From NCBI GenBank assembly GCA_002774425.1, contig PEYJ01000011.1:35915-99914 (forward strand): a stretch of 64,000 nt of DNA. The letters run 5' to 3'. Both the position numbers and the translations under genes were made by a program. The notes under the pieces were generated by a model. It was not told where the DNA came from, made no database searches, and was given only the letters and a program-made list of their open reading frames with translations. This stretch comes from Parcubacteria group bacterium CG08_land_8_20_14_0_20_48_21. GTDB lineage: Bacteria; Patescibacteriota; Patescibacteriia; UBA1544. Each line of letters starts with the position of its first letter. Position 1 is the first letter of the stretch. Shown here in pieces: positions 41,530-48,970 of this stretch.

Positions 41530-41835
41530 TTACGAAATCCGCACGATGATTGTTTTGACTACCGTTGTGCCAAGAACTTTTGCAAGATGTCGCACTATTT
41601 CTCCCGCGCGGGCGCGCACTTCAGATGCGGCGGGAGAACTCGCGGTCACATATACAAGTATGCCTGCGCGCACGGAGTGCGCCCGAACTCGTTCGGCAAC
41701 AGCATCATCACATACTTTGGCCAAAGTTTTTTGCGCTTCTTCCACCACTACCGCCGCCTCTATCTGCTTTCGCAACCCATGCTTGGTGATGAGTGATGAT
41801 GTTAAGAGTGTTTTTTTGAGGGTTTGGAAAGACAT
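41530..41835 (-). CDS. DUF721/DciA-like protein (possible replicative-helicase operating protein)
   Basis: 101 aa. MSFQTLKKTLL...GLRKQIEAAVVVEEAQKTLAKV...AHSVRAGILVYVTASSPAASEVRARAGEIVRHL matches the DUF721 pattern (L..L..A.V...W...G......P..i..G.L.V.v.s...QEL). Confidence 0.45.
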   Translation of the reverse strand: MSFQTLKKTLLTSSLITKHGLRKQIEAAVVVEEAQKTLAKVCDDAVAERVRAHSVRAGILVYVTASSPAASEVRARAGEIVRHLAKVLGTTVVKTIIVRIS

Positions 41836-41897
41836 ACAAATCTTGAAACTTGTTTACGCACGGCTCTAGCATATCATATAAGCCACGTTATACACAA

Positions 41898-41925
41898 TTG
41901 ACAGTTGTTTTTTTTACGCTACACT
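41898..41925 (+). promoter_or_regulatory. sigma-70-type promoter for the CHAP-like gene
   Basis: TTGACA, a 16 nt spacer, then TACACT. A GCGGTT-gtgt-AACCGC hairpin (42058-42073) lies in the 5' UTR. Confidence 0.45.
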
Positions 41926-42109
41926 CACTCGTGCGTCGCTTTTTTGAAACATGACGGGAAAGGAGATGATAGTGCAGATTATGTAGGAAAAGTAAGCGCA
42001 CGCATTGGTTCTTTTTTGTTCTTTGAGAAAGGAGGTTTCTACACAAAACAGCATCATGCGGTTGTGTAACCGCAAGTTACAGCCTCATCATTCACGAAGG
42101 AGCGATGAA

Positions 42110-42607
42110 ATGAAGACAAGCATGTCAGTATGTACGCTCTTTTTATTTGCCGCATTATTCATGGCGGTAAACACCGACCAAGCATACGCAGGATGGCACG
42201 AGTGGAGTCAAAACTCCAGGAATCAGGCCATCGTTGATGAAACGGCAAACTACAACGAAGGTGATGACGGCGGCGAATGCAAGGTCTGGGTACAGAATGT
42301 AGTAAACGATGCTTCCGGCTCATGGTTGATCCCAACCAATTCTAGTAACGATTGCTACTGGAACTACGGTGCGTACGTGTCCCCTAGGTCCGGCTACATT
42401 GAAGATGTAGTTCCTGGGGAAATCGTACAAATGGAGTTGAGCAGCGGTGGACCACACACTGCAATCGTACTCGGCATCAGCCCGTATGGTGTCACTTTCA
42501 TAGAAAGCAACTGGTGCAAGCCCTGCCATGAAATTCATGTACGGTATGTCAATTTTGATGACTTCTACGACCAGGTAAGTTGCTTTACCATTTACGAAGT
42601 ATTGTAA
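42110..42607 (+). CDS. secreted CHAP/NlpC-P60-like Cys-His hydrolase (putative peptidoglycan amidase/peptidase)
   Basis: Signal peptide MKTSMSVCTLFLFAALFMAVNTDQAYA. GECKVWVQNVV (catalytic Cys context) and GGPHTAIVLG (His). GGAG SD 8 nt before the ATG. Confidence 0.45.
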   Translation: MKTSMSVCTLFLFAALFMAVNTDQAYAGWHEWSQNSRNQAIVDETANYNEGDDGGECKVWVQNVVNDASGSWLIPTNSSNDCYWNYGAYVSPRSGYIEDVVPGEIVQMELSSGGPHTAIVLGISPYGVTFIESNWCKPCHEIHVRYVNFDDFYDQVSCFTIYEVL

Positions 42608-42687
42608 TACAACCTCCGCGTATGGGAGAGCTTTTTCTCCCATACGCAACTTTTTCCCAAAAGTAAATGTCAGTGTATACTACTACC

Positions 42688-43356
42688 ATGAAACCAAAAA
42701 ATAAATTATTCGTAATTGTACTTCTTGTTGCAGTCGTCAGTAGTATCGGTGCAGCTATATTCTTTTTTAGTAAAAAAACAATGCGGACACCAGCGAATAT
42801 ACAACAAGAAACACTATTGTCTCATATTGATCCCACTCAAAATATCGACGGCACGTCTGTTTACTTAGAGAATGGCTGGAAAGCATACACCGATACAGTG
42901 TTAAAATTTCAACTGGAATACCCGAGTCGCGAGTTCGCGTATGGTATTCTCAAATCTCGAACAACAAGTCGTATTCGTAAGTCTTTTGAAGGCGAGCTGG
43001 TAGCAGGAGACGTTGCATACACTGTTAGTTTTTCTGACGGCGATTCAGCACGTATTGGCGTGAGTATGCAACCCGCACATATTTCTTCGCTCGAAGAATG
43101 GCGTATTCAATTTCTTGCATCGCAACCTGATTATTTGGAGCATAATGAGTTATGGGATTTTCGCATCATAAGAGCAGCAAACCAAGAAGCATTGTTTATT
43201 CGCCGTATCCCGTCTTTTGAGGGTCAATACGAAGACGAACAGTTACCTGATGAAATATACATGCTCCACGACGGCATGTTAGTGCAACTCTACATATGGT
43301 ATTTACCGAAAGAAGATCGTGAGAGAGTATTAAAAAGTTTCCGCTTTTTGGAATAA
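42688..43356 (+). CDS. hypothetical membrane-anchored protein (AT-rich gene)
   Basis: Start at MKPKNKLFVIVLLVAVVSSIGAAIFFF (transmembrane). GC is clearly below the window average. Has a degraded paralogue immediately downstream. Confidence 0.5.
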   Translation: MKPKNKLFVIVLLVAVVSSIGAAIFFFSKKTMRTPANIQQETLLSHIDPTQNIDGTSVYLENGWKAYTDTVLKFQLEYPSREFAYGILKSRTTSRIRKSFEGELVAGDVAYTVSFSDGDSARIGVSMQPAHISSLEEWRIQFLASQPDYLEHNELWDFRIIRAANQEALFIRRIPSFEGQYEDEQLPDEIYMLHDGMLVQLYIWYLPKEDRERVLKSFRFLE

Positions 43357-43430
43357 ATAATCTGCTTTGTCGCTTGCTTGCCACCCATCTCCTTTTGTTG
43401 GTCGCATTATAAAAATATGCATCGATATCA

Positions 43431-43982
43431 GTGATCAAAACTTCTTCTTGGTTTCGCCACCAGAATAGTTTTTGGTGGGATTATTGTGTTTTGTTGCACC
43501 TCTATTTTTTTAAAGTAGCTCCTGAAGCACATCCACAACCACAAAAAGAAGTCCCGCAACCAGTCACAGAAAATACCGAGAAGCAAAAATTCATACCTTA
43601 TAGTGAAAGAGAGTGGTTAACATACACTGACAGTTAGTTTCATTATGCCATTCGGTATCCTTCTGGTTTGCGAGTAATTCCTACTCCTGTAAATATTTCT
43701 TCTCCATCTATTATTGATGGAGAATTTAATGAAAATGGATGGGTAAGTTTTGCAAGTTGGGGACCTGGGGTGATGGGTGTCAAAATATACACCAACACAT
43801 CCTGTACCTTCGCCGAGGATTGGCTCGCATTTGTAAATAACAAGATCAAATTGAGAGAAACGCAAGTGCTGGAAAAAAAGGTTCTTATTGATGAACAAGA
43901 GGCGTTGGTTACCTACCCCAAAGGAGGCGTACCACCTTATAAAGAATTACCTTTCCTTACGCTAAAAAAACTGTTTTTATGA
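43431..43982 (+). pseudogene. degraded paralogue of 42688-43356 (frameshift plus in-frame TAG at 43635-43637)
   Basis: Transmembrane segment KLLLGFATRIVFGGIIVFCCTSIFLK in one frame; ...EREWLTYTDS*FHYAIRYPSG... aligns with ENGWKAYTDTVLKFQLEYPS of the upstream gene. Confidence 0.55.
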
Positions 43983-44131
43983 AAGATGGCATTCTCTTCC
44001 AAATTTGGACAAATTTTTACAATAACGAGAGTAATCACCAGAGAGCATGGGATAGCTTTGAATTTTTCGAATAACTCTTCGCAAGAGTACATTTATTACC
44101 TATTTTCTGTAGTATTTTTTATAGAAGTACG

Positions 44132-47068
44132 TTACTTCCTATACGGACAAATGTCTTTATAATCACATGAGGCGCAGGTGAATGGGGACGGTGTGGGTAC
44201 GAATGACCCTTCCTGTATCTTTCCTACAACCTCGGAAACGCTCTTTTCTAATTTTTCAAAATCCTCTGCTCCACCAATGAAACTTTGTTCGCTGACATCC
44301 TCCAAATAGACGAACGCCAACTCCGCTACCTGTTCGTTGAGTACATCTTGCGCGGCAAGCTGGTATAAGAACAACTGCTCTTTGTCTTCGGGTTTGAGCT
44401 TGTCTTTCGGTTTGCCGGTTTTGTAGTCAATGATGCGTACCTTGCCTTCGGGCAGGAGGTCAATGCGGTCAATGGAACCCTTAAAGGTCACGCCTGCGAA
44501 CTTGAGATGAAACCCCTTTTCTACGCTTTGCGTGTCGGGCCAAAGACCATCATGCTTGTTGTAAAATTCCCGCAACTCCTTACGCGCTTTTTCCTTTGCT
44601 CGCTCCTGCTCGCGCGCATGCGCATACCAGTCATCAATCCATACGTCGTCCAGCATGCGAAGTAATGCGGTTTCGTCAGGGTATGTGCCGTCCATGCGTT
44701 CTTGAAAGAACTTTTGGAGCACTGCGTGCATGCTCTTGCCAAAACTAAACGCTGGTTTTCCCCGCACCGGCACCTGTAAAATATGCGCGTACTTATATTG
44801 CAGGGGACATTTTTGGTACGCGCGCAACTGCGTAAAGCTGAAATACTGCGGCATTGACCATGGCATCTCCGATAAGGGTACATATTCCTTTTTTTGCGAG
44901 CTATCCGTGGAATGCGCCGTAACGCTATCCTGCGAGGTTGGTTTCCCGTTATCTCCATATCCCAGCTCCACCAAAAAACGTGAGAGCTTTTTTTTCGTCT
45001 TCCCTCCGTAGTCGTCCGCCGAGAGAAAATACAATCCTTTCTTCGCCCGCGTCATGGCAACGTACATGAGCCGCCGCTCTTCTTGCAAATGCATATCCGC
45101 ATTCGGAAGCTGTTCTTTGATGAGCGCATCGGGAACGGGTATCGCTTCGCTCTTGCGGATAGATGGAAAATGCTTGTCTACCAAACTCCCGATGAACACG
45201 TGGTCAAATTCCAATCCTTTCGCCGCGTGCACCGTCATGACCGCGACCCGATCCGGGCTTGCTTCCTCCGGATTCTGCCGCAGGGTACCCGCGTCTCCCG
45301 TTTCCATTTTCAGTTTCCAGTAGTCCAAAAAATTTTTCAGCGTTGGATTGTCCTGCTGTTCCGTAAACTGTGCTACCTCGCGAAAAAATTCCGCGAGCGT
45401 GTGCGCGCGCTCCTGGCGTTCCGCTTCATTCCATACCCAGCCGGACAAAACCTTTGCCGGCGTTTTTGGCTGCACGCTGCTCAATTCACCCAAAGCGGTC
45501 AGGTAACCGAAGTCTTCCAAAAACGCTAAAAACACTTCGCGCACCGCTTGACTGTTCGCCACTCCCCGATGTTTTTCCATGAGCCGCAAGAGTGTCGCGA
45601 TATCCGCAAGCGTATCCTCCCCCACACCCTCCGCGCTTGTGGCGCGCGTACATGCTTCAAAGAGCGACAGCCCTTTTTTATGCGCGAACGAGGTGAGGTG
45701 TGCTATGTTCTGCCGCAACACGGGAAACACCGATAAAGTGGCAATGTGGTAGAGCGCGGGAGATTCGTGGTACGCATCCAAAATTTGCGCGTAGGCGAAT
45801 AAGTCACGAATCACCGGTTTGCGATAGAGTCCTTTTGCGGCCAAGTAGTGATACGGAATGCCTGCCGCATCCAGTTCCGCCGTAAACCGGTCGGCATGCG
45901 CATTGGCGCGCACCAAAATCGCGCACGCGCCGTATGAAGCACCCGCTCGAACAAGTTCACGAATTTTTTTTACCGCAAGCAACGCTTCTTCCTGCGCATC
46001 CCGCGCGTGCAGGTGGATAAGCTCCGCGCCCTTTCCCTGATGCGCCGTAAGACGCTTGGTGAATGCACTATCTTCCTGGGGCTTATGCGTTTGTTGGATT
46101 TGATACTCTAGCCGGTCAGGATTATTGAGCTGGATAAACTCGTACGCTTTGTCCAAGATTTCCTGTTTTGAGCGATAATTGGTCTGCAAAAATATGCGTG
46201 CCGCTTGGGGAAAGTCTTTTTGAAATTGCAGAATGTTGCTGACCGAGGCCCCGCGGAATTTATAAATGCTTTGGTCGTCATCCCCCACCACTGTCACCTT
46301 ACCCACACTCCCCGCCAAAAGTTTGACCAGTGCATACTGCGCAAAGTTGGTATCCTGAAACTCATCCACCAAAATATATTTGAATTGTTTGCGATAGATT
46401 TCCAAAATTTTCGCTCGTTCGGTAAAGAGTCGCAACGCGTGCACCAGCAGATCGCCAAAATCATAGGAGCCGTTTTCCAAAAGAAGCTTTTCATACGCCT
46501 GATACGCGCCTGCAACTTCCCGAACGCGCGCAATTTCCTCCGCATCCAGCTCGTCGCTCTCCCGAAGAGCCGCCGCATACGCCGCATACTGTACACTCGT
46601 GATCGCTTCGTCTTTGCATCGGGAAAAATGGCGCAGCAGTACTCCGATAAACTGGGTTGGGTTGCCAAGCGGCTTGTAGTAGGAGAGATGGAACCGCTCA
46701 AAATTTTTCCGGATCAGCAGCTGTTGCTCTGTTTCATCCAACACGCGCCCTTCATTGGATAGCCCGATATCCAGTCCATACCGCTCCAAGACGCGCTGGC
46801 AAAAACTATGAAACGTCATAATCCACAGATCCACGTAGCCGTAGGGTAAAAGCCGATCCACCCGCTCCTCCATCTCGCCCGCCGCTTTATCGGTAAACGT
46901 CAACGCCAACAGCTCATCCGGCTTTGCGAGTTCCTGCTCTATCAGCCAGCCGATACGCTGGGTGATAACCGCAGTTTTTCCCGTTCCCGCTCCCGCCACA
47001 ATCAACAACGGGCCATCCTGGTGCGTTACGGCTTTGAGTTGTTCTTTGTTTAAATCTTTGAGTAACAT
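44132..47068 (-). CDS. UvrD/PcrA-family SF1 DNA helicase with C-terminal PD-(D/E)XK RecB/Cas4-like nuclease domain (AddA/AdnB-like)
   Basis: 978 aa. N-terminal LLIVAGAGTGKTAVITQRI (Walker A) and DEFQDTN. C-terminal GSIDRIDLLPEGKVRIIDYKTGK nuclease motif, with terminal CASCDYKDIC cysteines. Confidence 0.75.
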   Translation of the reverse strand: MLLKDLNKEQLKAVTHQDGPLLIVAGAGTGKTAVITQRIGWLIEQELAKPDELLALTFTDKAAGEMEERVDRLLPYGYVDLWIMTFHSFCQRVLERYGLDIGLSNEGRVLDETEQQLLIRKNFERFHLSYYKPLGNPTQFIGVLLRHFSRCKDEAITSVQYAAYAAALRESDELDAEEIARVREVAGAYQAYEKLLLENGSYDFGDLLVHALRLFTERAKILEIYRKQFKYILVDEFQDTNFAQYALVKLLAGSVGKVTVVGDDDQSIYKFRGASVSNILQFQKDFPQAARIFLQTNYRSKQEILDKAYEFIQLNNPDRLEYQIQQTHKPQEDSAFTKRLTAHQGKGAELIHLHARDAQEEALLAVKKIRELVRAGASYGACAILVRANAHADRFTAELDAAGIPYHYLAAKGLYRKPVIRDLFAYAQILDAYHESPALYHIATLSVFPVLRQNIAHLTSFAHKKGLSLFEACTRATSAEGVGEDTLADIATLLRLMEKHRGVANSQAVREVFLAFLEDFGYLTALGELSSVQPKTPAKVLSGWVWNEAERQERAHTLAEFFREVAQFTEQQDNPTLKNFLDYWKLKMETGDAGTLRQNPEEASPDRVAVMTVHAAKGLEFDHVFIGSLVDKHFPSIRKSEAIPVPDALIKEQLPNADMHLQEERRLMYVAMTRAKKGLYFLSADDYGGKTKKKLSRFLVELGYGDNGKPTSQDSVTAHSTDSSQKKEYVPLSEMPWSMPQYFSFTQLRAYQKCPLQYKYAHILQVPVRGKPAFSFGKSMHAVLQKFFQERMDGTYPDETALLRMLDDVWIDDWYAHAREQERAKEKARKELREFYNKHDGLWPDTQSVEKGFHLKFAGVTFKGSIDRIDLLPEGKVRIIDYKTGKPKDKLKPEDKEQLFLYQLAAQDVLNEQVAELAFVYLEDVSEQSFIGGAEDFEKLEKSVSEVVGKIQEGSFVPTPSPFTCASCDYKDICPYRK

Positions 47069-47205
47069 ACCAACCTTGAAACGTGAAGCTTAACACATGA
47101 AGCTTGCATGTTGTACCACTATAGCATCCAAAACAACGCTTGACAAAGAATAACCTCTGCTTTTTTCCAACCTCATACTGCTGATTTCTGACTTCCAACA
47201 TCCGT

Positions 47206-47232
47206 TAATAAAAAAGATCTCTCGCGAGATCT
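47206..47232 (-). terminator. intrinsic terminator
   Basis: Minus strand AGATCTC-gcga-GAGATCT hairpin followed by UUUUUUAUU. Lies between the small ORF and the helicase gene. Confidence 0.5.
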
Positions 47233-47247
47233 TGGAAGTAGGGACGT

Positions 47248-47415
47248 TCAGATGGTGAACGGTTTGTATAAACTTTTTTGGTGCACACGGCGCGCTTCTT
47301 GCAGTCTAGCGGTCAATCGTAGCGATCGCGCAAGCGCGCGTTGCATAGTTTTCTTCCCTTCCGGTGAAGCAGCCCATTTCCGCACCAGCTCGATCTCTTG
47401 ATCGTTTGCATCCAT
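47248..47415 (-). CDS. small hypothetical protein (55 aa)
   Basis: AAAGGA SD 7 nt before the ATG (MDANDQEIELVRKWAASPEGKK...). A terminator follows. The longer 180 aa ORF in the track is probably spurious upstream. Confidence 0.3.
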   Translation of the reverse strand: MDANDQEIELVRKWAASPEGKKTMQRALARSLRLTARLQEARRVHQKSLYKPFTI

Positions 47416-47809
47416 GATAATTCCTTTAGTGAAAATTCCGCTCATTATGGCGCATACGTAAATCCGTAAACAAGAAGCATTAAGGGTTGTCGGATGGAAA
47501 CATGCGCCGCAGATGCCACACACAATACCTTCTTGCTTGGCAAATGCGTACCAAGCGTTTGCAAGCGGCGTACAACATAGTATACGCTTGTTCCGTATAG
47601 AAGCAGACGGCATCACCGATGTACCACAAGGTGAGAAAGAAAATAAAAAGAGCAATGTTGCGCAAGCGGACACGGGGAAGAAAATGCGTATAGGAACTGT
47701 GCATGGTATCCTCCTTAAAAAAGAAATTTTAAGAACGAATCCAGTATAGCACCTCGTGGGGAAAACACAATCTTTTGCATATTTTTGCACATGCTATACT
47801 TACCATACT

Positions 47810-48907
47810 ATGCACGATATTGCTTATTGGATAGCCTTCAATCATCTGGAAGGCATCACCTCAAAACATCTCCTCGCACTTCATGCCTACTTCGGCAAAA
47901 TGGAACGCGCGTGGCATGCGTCGTATGCGGAATTGATGAGGTGCGGTCTGCGCGAAACGGCGGTTGAGGCAATCGTTGCGGGACGGGGCGAAAGGGATCC
48001 GGCAACGCTCGCGGAATCAATTGAGCGACAGGGTATAGCCGCGCTCTCCTTCACGCACCCCGACTATCCGCCTCTGCTCAAAGAGATCGCCGACCCGCCG
48101 GCAATACTGTACGCGCGCGGGGATACCGATATTTTGCACAATACCTGCCTTGCAGTTGTGGGCACCCGAAAAGCCAGTCCCTACGGTACACAGGTCATGC
48201 AACGATTTGCGGCGGCACTTGCACAGTACTCTATAACCATTGTCAGCGGTTTGGCATTTGGCATTGACGCACTCGCCCACCGTGCGGCACTTGCGGCAGG
48301 AGTGCCGACCATAGCGGTTCTAGGAGGCGGTGTGGATGATGCGAGCATCGGACCGCGCAACCACGCGCCGCTTGCGCATGAAATTCTGCGGCAAGACGGA
48401 ACGATCATTTCTGAATACGCGCCGTGCACAGCAAGTCAACCCTACCATTTTCCGGAACGCAACCGTATTATCGCCGGACTCTCAAAAGGCACGCTTGTTG
48501 TAGAGGCGGGGTTGAAAAGCGGATCGCTTATCACGGCACACCTGGCACTGGACTACAACCGCGAGGTATACGCGATTCCGGGAAGCATTTTCTCCCCCGT
48601 ATCCCACGGCACGCACGCGCTTTTGAAAGAAGGAGCGATTCCAATCACCGATATGGAAGAATTGTTCGTGCTGCTTGGAGTCTCCAACACTGCGAAAAAA
48701 AATGGATACGCGACCAAGCCGAATTTGCCGCCCGAACACGGTCGGATATTCTCCCTCTTAACCCATGAACCGCAACTCCCCGACATGCTTGCGCAAGCGG
48801 CAGGCGTAACTTTTGCTGAGCTCAACGGTATCCTTACCGCGCTGGAATTGCGAGGACTGGTACAATCCTCCGGAGGCCGCTATCTCTTGACAGGAAAAAC
48901 GAAATAA
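47810..48907 (+). CDS. dprA: DNA-processing protein A
   Basis: Rossmann-like core LAVVGTRKASPYG...IVSGLAFGIDALAHRAAL...AIPG and a C-terminal winged-helix domain. Followed by topA (conserved synteny). Confidence 0.85.
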   Translation: MHDIAYWIAFNHLEGITSKHLLALHAYFGKMERAWHASYAELMRCGLRETAVEAIVAGRGERDPATLAESIERQGIAALSFTHPDYPPLLKEIADPPAILYARGDTDILHNTCLAVVGTRKASPYGTQVMQRFAAALAQYSITIVSGLAFGIDALAHRAALAAGVPTIAVLGGGVDDASIGPRNHAPLAHEILRQDGTIISEYAPCTASQPYHFPERNRIIAGLSKGTLVVEAGLKSGSLITAHLALDYNREVYAIPGSIFSPVSHGTHALLKEGAIPITDMEELFVLLGVSNTAKKNGYATKPNLPPEHGRIFSLLTHEPQLPDMLAQAAGVTFAELNGILTALELRGLVQSSGGRYLLTGKTK

Positions 48908-48970
48908 CGTACTAATAGCAACCAACAACGTGTGCAAGGGCGCTATGCTGCAAGTTGTAAGTCATGAAGT

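Noticed and set aside
43635-43637. In-frame TAG (and TAA at ~39876 in the transposase) as evidence of stop-codon reassignment
   Set aside because: Both occur in genes that also carry frameshifts. Every conserved housekeeping gene terminates at the expected length using TAA, TAG or TGA. Ordinary pseudogenisation is the simpler explanation.
47416-47790. Upstream 125 codons of the 180 aa minus-strand ORF
   Set aside because: Cys-rich low-complexity translation with no SD, and it overlaps the dprA promoter and leader. Only the C-terminal 55 codons have translation signals and a terminator.
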